DNA of 32,000 bases from Deinococcus radiodurans R1 = ATCC 13939 = DSM 20539 (lineage in GTDB: Bacteria > Deinococcota > Deinococci > Deinococcales > Deinococcaceae), in the NCBI RefSeq assembly GCF_000008565.1, contig NC_001264.1, positions 256,346 to 288,345 of the forward strand, written 5' to 3'. Positions 1 to 11,316 of the stretch are shown here, piece by piece; the first letter of the stretch is position 1, and every line of letters begins with the position of its first letter. A program made the translations under genes and the position numbers. The notes below the pieces were generated by a model. That model was given only the letters and a program-made list of their open reading frames with translations. It did no database searches and was not told where the DNA came from.

Positions 1-234
1 CTCGCCGACACGCTGCGGCTGCTGGAGCGCTTACCGCTGAGCACGGGCGACCTCGTGTACCTGTCGCCCTTCGTCGAACACGGCGACTATGCGGCGCGGG
101 CGCGAGAGCACGGGGTGCTGCCCCTCACCATCACCGAGCGCGAGGCCCAGGCGGCGGCCCTGCGCGAGTTCCTGAAAACGCACAAGCCAGGCGTACAAGT
201 CGCACGTTACGACATCGAAGAATTTCTGTATTGA
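1..234 (+). CDS. 3' end of an unidentified protein-coding gene (last 77 codons; the 5' part lies outside the window)
   Basis: Frame +1 is open from base 1 to TGA at 232-234, with G/C-rich third codon positions. The translated tail is ...LVYLSPFVEHGDYAARAREHGVLPLTITEREAQAAALREFLKTHKPGVQVARYDIEEFLY. No family was recognised with confidence. Confidence 0.55.
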   Translation, partial: LADTLRLLERLPLSTGDLVYLSPFVEHGDYAARAREHGVLPLTITEREAQAAALREFLKTHKPGVQVARYDIEEFLY

Positions 235-237
235 AGA

Positions 238-269
238 GGGGCGGCCTCCCCTTTGGAGTCAGCCGCCCC
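238..269. terminator. GC-rich stem-loop between convergent genes (candidate bidirectional terminator)
   Basis: ggggcggc (238-245) pairs perfectly with gccgcccc (262-269). It lies between the TGA at 232-234 (+) and the TAA of the minus-strand gene at 289-291. Confidence 0.5.
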
Positions 270-288
270 CATTACTGCATTGTTCTTT

Positions 289-1878
289 TTACTTCTTCTT
301 CCAGCTCTTGCCGACGAGCGACACCGTGTTGTACGGCTCGCTGCTGAAGGGGCTCAGTACCCAGCCCTTCACGTAGCTGCGGGCAGCGGCGACTGACTGG
401 CTGTGGACGAGCGGAATACGGTAGCCCGCGTTGTAGGTCAACTCGTGGATGCGGGCATACGCCTGCGCCCGTGCCTGCCGGGTCAGGCCACTGCGGGCCT
501 GCTGAAGCAGGGTGTCGAGCTCGGCGGGCGCGTTCCAGCCGATGTCGTTGGTGGAGGTGGGATTGTACAGCGCCCCGTAGAAGTAGTCGGGGTCGCCGTA
601 GTCACCGATGAGGCCAATCTGGAACATGCTCAGGCGGCCCGCAAAGAGGTCGTCGAGATATTTGGCCCAGTCCTCGGTCTTGAGGTTGACCTTGATTCCG
701 ACGTCGGCGAGGTCGGCGGCCATCGCCTCGGCGGACGCCTTGGGTTGCGGGAAATAGCTGCGGGTGATCGGCATGTACCAGAAGTCGAGCGTGAAGCCGT
801 TGGGGTAGCCCGCCTCGGCGAGCAGTTTTTTCGCGGCGGCGGGGTCGAACTTGTAGTCGGCGGGCACTTTGGAACTGGTCGCCCAGCCGAGCGCGGGCGG
901 CACGATGCTGGTGTCGGTGCGGCCCAGGCCCGACCAGAAGGCGTCCACGACGGCGCGGCGGTTGATCGCCATGCTGATCGCCTGCCGGACCTTGGGGTTT
1001 TTCAGGTACTCGTTGCGGTTGTTGAGCCCGATGTAGCCGAGGTTGAAGCTGGGCCGCTTGTAGAGCACCAGATTTTTATCGGCCTGAATGGCCTTCATGT
1101 CGTCGGGTTGCAGGTCGCCCACGAGGTCCACCGTGCCGGCGCGCAGTTCGTTGAGGCGCTGGTTGGGGTCCTTGATGCTGCGAATGATGAGGGTGTCCAC
1201 TTTCGGCTTGCTGCCCCAGTAGGCCGTATTCGCCCGCAGCGTCACGCGGTCGCCGCTGCGCCAGCTCCCAAAGACGAAGGGGCCGGTGCCCACCGCCGTG
1301 CCCTGCGGCGTGCCGTACTTCGCGCCCTGGGCTTTGATGGCCGCCGGGCTGGCAATGCCCCAGTACGACGCGCTCATCTGCACCGGAAACACCGTGTTCG
1401 GGCGGGTCAGGTCCACCCGCACCACGGAATCGTTCACTTTGACGATGTTCTTGATGATGGCGTTTTTCTCGCCCTTGTAGCCGCCGAGCAGGTCAGCCAC
1501 GATGGAAAAGGTCCGGCCCTGGTCGCGCAGGCCGTTGGGGTCGCTCTTGTCCCACCAGCGGCGCAGGTTGAAGACCACGGCGTCGGCATTAAACGGCGTG
1601 CCGTCGTGAAACTTGACGCCCCGGCGCAGGGTGAAGGTCCAGCTCGTCGCGTCCTTGTTGGGGGCCCAGCTCGTCGCCAGCCCCGGCGCGAGGTCGGTGC
1701 TGCCGGGCTTGACGTTGATCAGGCGGTCATAAATCTGCCGCTGCACGTGCATGGTCACCGAGTCGTGGGCGTTGGCCGATTCCAGCGTGGCGGGTTCGCC
1801 GCTGCCGGCGACGACCAGGGTGCCGCTCGCGGCGGCGGAACTGCACAGCAGGGCGGCGAAAAGAGCGCGTTTTTTCAT
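289..1878 (-). CDS. ABC transporter substrate-binding protein, family 5 (peptide/nickel, DppA/OppA-like), secreted
   Basis: 529-aa ORF with ATG at 1878-1876. The N-terminal signal-like sequence is MKKRALFAALLCSSAAASG. Length and sequence are typical of SBP family 5. The overlapping + strand ORF 403-1893 is an antisense shadow. Confidence 0.85.
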   Translation of the reverse strand: MKKRALFAALLCSSAAASGTLVVAGSGEPATLESANAHDSVTMHVQRQIYDRLINVKPGSTDLAPGLATSWAPNKDATSWTFTLRRGVKFHDGTPFNADAVVFNLRRWWDKSDPNGLRDQGRTFSIVADLLGGYKGEKNAIIKNIVKVNDSVVRVDLTRPNTVFPVQMSASYWGIASPAAIKAQGAKYGTPQGTAVGTGPFVFGSWRSGDRVTLRANTAYWGSKPKVDTLIIRSIKDPNQRLNELRAGTVDLVGDLQPDDMKAIQADKNLVLYKRPSFNLGYIGLNNRNEYLKNPKVRQAISMAINRRAVVDAFWSGLGRTDTSIVPPALGWATSSKVPADYKFDPAAAKKLLAEAGYPNGFTLDFWYMPITRSYFPQPKASAEAMAADLADVGIKVNLKTEDWAKYLDDLFAGRLSMFQIGLIGDYGDPDYFYGALYNPTSTNDIGWNAPAELDTLLQQARSGLTRQARAQAYARIHELTYNAGYRIPLVHSQSVAAARSYVKGWVLSPFSSEPYNTVSLVGKSWKKK

Positions 1879-1955
1879 CGGCCTAGAGGGTAGACCATCG
1901 CGGGGCGCAGAGGGCGAGGCGGGCTACGTTTGCCGGCTCTCCTGCCCCGTGAGAC

Positions 1956-1990
1956 AAAAAAACCGGAGGTCCCTCACGGAAACCCCCGGT
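1956..1990 (-). terminator. Intrinsic terminator downstream of the MFS gene
   Basis: On the minus strand, ccggggg/ccggagg-type stem arms (1983-1989 and 1963-1969, one mismatch) are followed by a run of 7 T (A-run 1956-1962 on the + strand). The structure lies 17 nt after the MFS stop at 2007. Confidence 0.6.
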
Positions 1991-2006
1991 TCTTGGTGTG
2001 CGTGGC

Positions 2007-4099
<2,093 letters not shown>

Positions 4100-4103
<4 letters not shown>

Positions 4104-4636
4104 GCAGGCTCCTGGGTGGGGGTGGGGTCGGAAACGCACAGGGGGTCGGTGGCAGAAGCGGGCAGGCCGATGTCGGCCAGAGCCTCGATGGTGTCGAGCA
4201 GCATCAGCAGTCGCTCGAATTCGAGGTGCCCGAGGCGCTGACCCGTACTGTCCTTGATGGCCCGGCTGATGTTGTCGAGCATCGCCTGTCCGGCGTCCGT
4301 CAGGGTGAGGTGAATGCGGCGCGAGTCCTCACGGTCGATCTGGCGTTCGAGCAGCCCGGCCTTGACCAGTTGTTCGAGATACCGGCTGAGCAGGCTGGGC
4401 GGCATGTCGAGCGCTTCGGCGAGCTGTTTGGGATACGCGTGACCGTGGTGAATCGCCTGCAACACAAAGTAGCGGCGGAGGTCGATGCCGTGCCGCTCGG
4501 CGAGCAGCGGGCCCACGTCCTGCTTCATGCGGCGGTTGAGGCGCCAGATGCCGCCCAGAAACCGCAGGATGAGTTCGTCGGTCAGTTGCTCCGGCAGCAG
4601 CGGCGTGGAAAGCGCACCCGGCTCGGACGGCTTCAC
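4100..4636 (-). CDS. MarR-family transcriptional regulator
   Basis: 178-aa ORF with a GTG start at 4636. The winged-helix region is [61 protein letters not shown]. Its stop overlaps the start of the downstream MFS gene by 4 nt. Confidence 0.85.
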
Positions 4637-4731
4637 CGGACCCCCGGCGGAGGTTGGCTGCCCATCAGGCCCGTTGCGGCGCCCCGTGGGGAAGCAAAGG
4701 AAAGGTCAACCATGACCCCAGTTTAGAGCCG

Positions 4732-4753
4732 TTAGTTCACTTAAGTCAACTAA
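4732..4753. promoter_or_regulatory. Near-perfect 22-bp palindrome, candidate MarR operator
   Basis: ttagttcacttaagtcaactaa matches its own reverse complement at 20 of 22 positions. It lies about 95 bp upstream of the marR start, in the divergent intergenic region. A further agtgaac half-site follows at 4761-4767. Confidence 0.5.
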
Positions 4754-5125
4754 TTTGGGAAGTGAACATCTGCCGATATGGAACTATTGACACACCATGA
4801 GATGAGGCGGGGGCAGGATAGACAACGCACCTGCGGGGATTTCCGCGCTGAGGCTGACAAAACACTCGTCGGCGGGTGATTGACGCACTGTCTTGATGAG
4901 GGCTTGAGCGGACGCACACATAAATCACACAAACCGCCGTGTAGTTTTCTCCTCAGCTTCAAAGGAAGGCAGCACAGTTTCTAGGGTCGGTGGCAGCTCG
5001 CCGCCTACACCTGGGACGCCTTGCCCGACTTCCATCAAGCTACTTCTGTGGCCGCGCCCCTGAGTTTTGAGGCCTGTTCGTTGCCCGGCTTTCCTCACCC
5101 TGGCCTTTGTTGCAAGGAGCCCCAC

Positions 5126-6094
5126 ATGACCCGACTGACCACCCCTGCCCATCTCACCGCCGCTGCCCTGGGCCTGAGCCTGCTGCTCGCCTCGTGCGGC
5201 GCCGGCAGCAACCAGACCGCCGTGACGGACGCCGCCGCCAATGCCCGCCCCGAACAAGCCGGCACCGTGAACGTGACCGACCTGCCGGTAGACCCCTACG
5301 TGAAGACGGCGCCTGTGCAATCGCAGGCCACCGAGCCCTACAACATCACCCTGAAGTTTGCCCCCGGCAGCGACCCCAGCGTGGTGAGCGCCATGCAGGC
5401 CGCCGCGAACCGCTGGCAGAGCGTGATTACCCAGGGCCAGCCCGACGCCACCGCCAGCATCCCCGCCGGGGCGTGCGGCAGCAACGCGGCGTTCAGCGGC
5501 ACCATCGACGACATTCTTGTCTTTACCGGCAACACCAGCATTGACGGCCCTGGCGGCGTGCTCGCCCAGAGCGGCCCGTGCAGCGTGCGGACCAGCACCG
5601 GCCTGACCACCTACTCCACCCTGGTCTTCGACACCGCCGACCTCGGGCAGTTCAGCGGGCAACTCGCCGACATCGCCGTACACGAGCTGGGGCACTCGCT
5701 GGGCATCGGGTCGCTGTGGTCGCGCTTCCGGATCGTCAGCGGCACCGGCACCAGCAACCCCGTCTACACCGGCACCAACGGCGTGCGCGAGTACCGCGCG
5801 GCGGGCGGCACCCTCAGCAGCGTGCCCGTCGAGAACCAGGGCGGCCAGGGCACGGCGGGCTCGCACTGGCGCGAAACCACTTTCAAGACCGAGCTGATGA
5901 CCGGCTACCTCAACAGCGGCGTGGTCAACCCCCTCTCGCGCATGAGCGTGGGCAGCTTGCAGGATATGGGCTACGCGGTCAACTACGCCGCCGCCGACGC
6001 CTACCGCGTGCCCAGCGCCGCTGCGTTGAGCGCGGAGAAACTCGAACTCGGCGGGCACGAGCAGATCATCGAGCCGAAGTACCGCAGCGAGTAA
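5126..6094 (+). CDS. Zinc metalloprotease lipoprotein, leishmanolysin (peptidase M8)-like
   Basis: ATG at 5126 is preceded by AAGGAG (5114-5119). The signal peptide has a lipobox (LLLASC). Motifs HELGHSLG (HExxH) and the downstream GSHWRE...ELMTG match my recollection of the M8 family signature. Confidence 0.75.
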   Translation: MTRLTTPAHLTAAALGLSLLLASCGAGSNQTAVTDAAANARPEQAGTVNVTDLPVDPYVKTAPVQSQATEPYNITLKFAPGSDPSVVSAMQAAANRWQSVITQGQPDATASIPAGACGSNAAFSGTIDDILVFTGNTSIDGPGGVLAQSGPCSVRTSTGLTTYSTLVFDTADLGQFSGQLADIAVHELGHSLGIGSLWSRFRIVSGTGTSNPVYTGTNGVREYRAAGGTLSSVPVENQGGQGTAGSHWRETTFKTELMTGYLNSGVVNPLSRMSVGSLQDMGYAVNYAAADAYRVPSAAALSAEKLELGGHEQIIEPKYRSE

Positions 6095-6123
6095 GGTTTT
6101 TTCGCAGGACATTCACAACAGCA

Positions 6124-6159
6124 GCGCACCTCGGCCTTGTCGCCTGGGTGCGCTTTTTT
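6124..6159 (+). terminator. Intrinsic terminator of the protease gene
   Basis: gcgcacc (6124-6130) pairs with ggtgcgc (6147-6153) and is followed by tttttt (6154-6159), about 30 nt after the stop. Confidence 0.7.
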
Positions 6160-6173
6160 GTGGTTGAGGGGGC

Positions 6174-6304
6174 TGAGCGCATTTGACGGAGAGATTGTGT
6201 GCTGTTGACCCTCTACCAAGGGGAGACTTGTAAAGCTGCGAAGCAGAGGGCCTTGCAAAGCAAGGGGTGAGGGTGTCTTTTTTCTGTTTTCTGTCGAAAA
6301 CTCC
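6174..6304 (+). repeat. Small non-coding repeat (MITE-like), copy A
   Basis: It aligns over its whole length with 13806-13934. Shared blocks are gcatttgac, ttgaccctctacc, agagggccttgc[a/g]aagcaaggggtg and tctttttctgtc. The terminal inverted repeats are degenerate in this copy. Confidence 0.75.
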
Positions 6305-6406
6305 AGTGACTGACCGATTGCCGCAGCACATACAGGGCGTCAGTCACGCCAAACAAATGAAAGAGGGAACCGTCCCCGATTCCCCCTCCCCTCCGTTTCT
6401 CCTGCC

Positions 6407-8203
<1,797 letters not shown>

Positions 8204-8394
8204 CAGGACCAACCTCCGGAGGAAAAAGGGGCGCAGGGACGGGAAGCAGCGGCAAACGCAGCAGGCAGAAAAATGTCCGTCAACGTTTACTTTGTACGTT
8301 GGCGTTACTATAGGGCACACCCGCCTGACCGTCTCTCTCTTTTCTTCCTCTTCGCCCCTTGCTCCTCGTCCCAGCTTTTTCCGGAGGTTTTGCC

Positions 8395-9369
8395 ATGCGT
8401 GCCCTCGTTTGCCAGCAGTTCGACCAGCCCGAAACCCTGACCGTTCTTGAGAGCCCCGACCCCACGCCCGGCGCCGGCGAGGTCGTGATTGCCGTGGAAG
8501 CCGCCGGCGTCAACTTCCCCGACGCCCTGATGGTGATGGGCCAGTACCAGGTTCGCCCGCCGCTGCCCTTCGTGGCGGGGGCCGAGGCCGCCGGAACCGT
8601 CGCCGCCATGGGCGAGGGCGTGCGGCACCTCAAGCCCGGTCAGAACGTGGTGGCCTTTACCGGCACCGGGGCTTTCGCGTCGCATCTGGTGGCGCCTGCC
8701 TCCAATGTGATTCCGCTGCCGCCCGGCTTTCCGGCGGACGTGGCGGCGACGCTGCCGCTCGCTTACGGCACCACCCTGCACGCCCTGATTCAGCGCGGGC
8801 AACTGAAAGAAGGCGAAACGCTGCTGGTCCTCGGCGCGGCGGGCGGTGTGGGGCTGGCCGCCGTGATGATCGGCAAGGCGCTCGGCGCACGGGTCATCGC
8901 GGCAGCGTCCACGCCGGAAAAATGCGCGGTGGCGAGTGAGCACGGCGCCGACGAAGTCATCAACTACACGGACGAGGACCTGCGCGAGCGGCTCAAGGCG
9001 CTGACCGGCAAAAAGGGCCTGGACGTGGTGTTCGACCCGGTGGGCGACCGCTACGCCGAACCCGCTTTCCGCTCGCTCGGCTGGAACGGGCGCTACCTCG
9101 TCATCGGCTTCGCGGGCGGCGAGATTCCCAAGCTGCCGCTCAACCTGCCGCTGCTCAAGGGCTCCAGCCTCGTCGGCGTGTTCTGGGGCGAATTCGCGCA
9201 GCGCGAGCCGAAGGCCAATGCCGAGAACATGGCGCGGCTCATCGGCTGGATTGCCGAGGGCAAAGTACGCCCCCTCGTCAGTGAGCGCTACCCGCTGGAG
9301 CGCGGCTCCGAGGCGCTGCGGGCGCTGCTGGGGCGACAGGTGACGGGGAAGGTGGTCATTACACCTTGA
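8395..9369 (+). CDS. qor: NADPH:quinone oxidoreductase / zinc-type alcohol dehydrogenase superfamily (MDR)
   Basis: ATG at 8395 (MRALVCQQF...) is preceded by GGAGG (8383-8387). The Rossmann motif is VLGAAGGVGLAAV, and the C-terminal GKVVITP is typical of Qor-like MDR proteins. Confidence 0.85.
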   Translation: MRALVCQQFDQPETLTVLESPDPTPGAGEVVIAVEAAGVNFPDALMVMGQYQVRPPLPFVAGAEAAGTVAAMGEGVRHLKPGQNVVAFTGTGAFASHLVAPASNVIPLPPGFPADVAATLPLAYGTTLHALIQRGQLKEGETLLVLGAAGGVGLAAVMIGKALGARVIAAASTPEKCAVASEHGADEVINYTDEDLRERLKALTGKKGLDVVFDPVGDRYAEPAFRSLGWNGRYLVIGFAGGEIPKLPLNLPLLKGSSLVGVFWGEFAQREPKANAENMARLIGWIAEGKVRPLVSERYPLERGSEALRALLGRQVTGKVVITP

Positions 9370-9830
9370 CGACCCCTTCCAAATCGACGGCGCCCACTGA
9401 CGAGGCCGGCAGCGACCTCACCTTCTACACCACCGCCGAACTCGCCCGCGAGGCGGGGGTCACCCGGCGCACGGTGATGCACTACGCCGAAATCGGCCTG
9501 CTGCCGCCCGACCAAGTGACGGCCTCGGGCCGGGTGCTGTACGCGCCTTACTCACTGCGGCTGCTGCGCGACCTGATTGACCTGCGGGCCCTGGGAATGA
9601 CGCTGGAAGAATCGCGCGACATGGTGACCCTGCGCCGCGCCACCCACGCCCCCGACGGCACCTACCGCCGCGACTGGGTGCGCGAGGACGTGCCGCTGAG
9701 CGACGAGCAGCTTCAGCGCCTTCAGACCCGGCTGCATGTCCTGAACAGCGCCTACGAGCGGCAAAAGGACAACCTCGCCCGCTTTGACCGCTGGCTGACG
9801 AAGCGGTTCGTGGCGACGCGCGACAGTTAA
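9366..9830 (+). CDS. MerR-family transcriptional regulator
   Basis: The TTG start at 9366 overlaps the qor TGA (TTGA). The HTH is YTTAELAREAGVTRRTVMHYAEIGLLPP. The only in-frame internal Met (M38, within the HTH) would truncate the HTH, so the TTG start is preferred. Confidence 0.75.
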   Translation: MTTPSKSTAPTDEAGSDLTFYTTAELAREAGVTRRTVMHYAEIGLLPPDQVTASGRVLYAPYSLRLLRDLIDLRALGMTLEESRDMVTLRRATHAPDGTYRRDWVREDVPLSDEQLQRLQTRLHVLNSAYERQKDNLARFDRWLTKRFVATRDS

Positions 9831-9856
9831 GACGCCGCTCGATAGCAGCAAGAGAA

Positions 9857-9892
9857 AAGAGCGCAGGCCATCGCATCGGCCTGCGCTCTTTT
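9857..9892 (+). terminator. Intrinsic terminator of the merR-like gene
   Basis: aagagcgcaggcc (9857-9869) pairs perfectly with ggcctgcgctctt (9878-9890) and is followed by tt. Confidence 0.75.
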
Positions 9893-9915
9893 GGGTGGAG
9901 GCATAAATTTGGCGC

Positions 9916-11247
9916 TGGTCTGAACCAATGGTTCGTGCAGTTTTAGGCGGCTTTAAGTCCGAAATCCAGCGGACTGAACGGCGAATTCGCTCATTCTTCA
10001 AAGCGAGCCGAGAGGTCCAGATTGGATAAAATGACCTGGGCCAGCAGGGCGTTATACGCCCTGCGTTTCATGTCTTCGAGACTGAACACCAGATCCTGCC
10101 CGCCACCTGCCGCTCGCAGGGCCTCCAGTCGGCAAAGATTCAGGGTCAGCAGCACCACGTTCCAATGCGCCTCGATGCCCTGCTGTGACCGCAGTTGCAC
10201 ATCCTGGCCCCCCAGGAACTGTTTGGCATCCCGGAAGATCAGTTCGATCTCAAAGCGGCTTCGATACAGCGCCATGACCTCATGAGCCGGCATGGTCACA
10301 GCGGTGCTGAACAGCACCGCGTAGCCGGTGACCTGACCCTTTTTACCAATCTGCTGAATGACGACTGCGCGCACTTCCCGCGCCCACTGCACGCTCCAGA
10401 CCACCTGCGTCCACACCCGCTCAGTCGGCCTTGCAGAGACGAGGTCGAAGCGCTGCAGGTCACTGAAGTCCACCTTACCGTCGAACTTCTTCTTTCGCCC
10501 CCGTCGTCTGGGATGCTCACCGGTGTAGAGGTCGTTGAGGTTGGCGTTGCGAGGCAATCTGGAGATAAACGGGAGACCGTGACCCGTCACGGTCTCCACG
10601 ATGGGTTCCTTCGCGTAATTCCCGTCGGCAACGACAGCAGCCAGATCAAGCTGTTGAACAGTCCGGAGATCGAGCAGCACGTCATCCAGCTGATCGGCGG
10701 CCTGTTCCAGACGAGTTGGAGCCTCAGACCCGGTCAGGGTCTGACGGACATCGACCGTCAAGGCCTGCCGGTGCTGGACATCAATGAGGGCACAACAGGA
10801 TTGCTCGATTCCGCGTTCGGTCCGCGCGGCACAGCCATTCCAGAACGAGCCGAGGTGTGCGGTGTGCTGACCGGCTTTGCGGTGAAAAGAGGCGTCGATG
10901 GCCAGAACGCACAGTGGGCTGATCAGCCCACTCTCGATTGCTGTACTGACAGTCGCCTGGTGTAACGCGCCCCACGGAATGGCCCCATCGTCACTTCGGT
11001 GCAGCCAACGACGAATCGTACTCTCCGAGCAGGCTGCATACCGGGAGAGATTCAGGGCGTTCAGCCGTCCAGGAACAGCGAGAAAAACGCTGAGCAGCAC
11101 GGTCAGGAAATTCCGCTGCGTCTTGCGCAGCGGGACCGCGCTGAGAACGTACTGTAGGATGGCCATCAGACCCATTGGAAGCGGTGATTTCACAGCTCCA
11201 TTTTCAATGGGTCTTTCCTTTTGGGCTCAAAACTGCACGAACCATTG
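9916..11247 (-). mobile_element. Intact IS4-family insertion sequence (1332 bp) with a 6-bp target-site duplication
   Basis: Terminal inverted repeats are caatggttcgtgcagtttta (9916-9935) and caaaactgcacgaaccattg (11228-11247), matching at 19 of 20 positions. The direct repeat ctgaac flanks them at 9910-9915 and 11248-11253. A single transposase ORF lies inside. Confidence 0.9.
9991..11193 (-). CDS. IS4-family DDE transposase
   Basis: 400-aa ORF with a GTG start at 11193 (alternative ATG at 11175). Candidate DDE residues are in LAIDASF, VVADGNY and the Y-x2-R-x3-E-x6-K (YREK) motif YRSRFEIELIFRDAK, which is diagnostic of IS4-family enzymes. Confidence 0.9.
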   Translation of the reverse strand: MKSPLPMGLMAILQYVLSAVPLRKTQRNFLTVLLSVFLAVPGRLNALNLSRYAACSESTIRRWLHRSDDGAIPWGALHQATVSTAIESGLISPLCVLAIDASFHRKAGQHTAHLGSFWNGCAARTERGIEQSCCALIDVQHRQALTVDVRQTLTGSEAPTRLEQAADQLDDVLLDLRTVQQLDLAAVVADGNYAKEPIVETVTGHGLPFISRLPRNANLNDLYTGEHPRRRGRKKKFDGKVDFSDLQRFDLVSARPTERVWTQVVWSVQWAREVRAVVIQQIGKKGQVTGYAVLFSTAVTMPAHEVMALYRSRFEIELIFRDAKQFLGGQDVQLRSQQGIEAHWNVVLLTLNLCRLEALRAAGGGQDLVFSLEDMKRRAYNALLAQVILSNLDLSARFEE

Positions 11248-11253
11248 CTGAAC

Positions 11254-11316
11254 GCCCCCTCACCCCTTTGCTTCGCAAAGGCCCTCTCCCACAAGGGGAG
11301 AGGGTAGAAAAAGCAT
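11254..11316 (-). repeat. Small non-coding repeat, truncated copy C (inverted orientation)
   Basis: ccctcacccctttgcttcgcaaaggccctctcccacaaggggagagggta is the reverse-complement counterpart of the core of copies A and B, with an internal deletion. It directly abuts the right target duplication of the IS. Confidence 0.6.

Noticed and set aside
403-1893. 496-aa + strand ORF overlapping the peptide-binding-protein gene
   Set aside because: It is antisense to a gene with clear family similarity. The translation is Gly/Arg/Val/Ala-rich low-complexity sequence typical of shadow ORFs in high-GC DNA. No RBS or recognisable motifs are present.
4746-4962. Two overlapping 60-70-aa minus-strand ORFs in the marR/protease intergenic region
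   Set aside because: No RBS is present, the composition is atypical, and they lie in the lower-GC promoter region. They are most likely non-coding.
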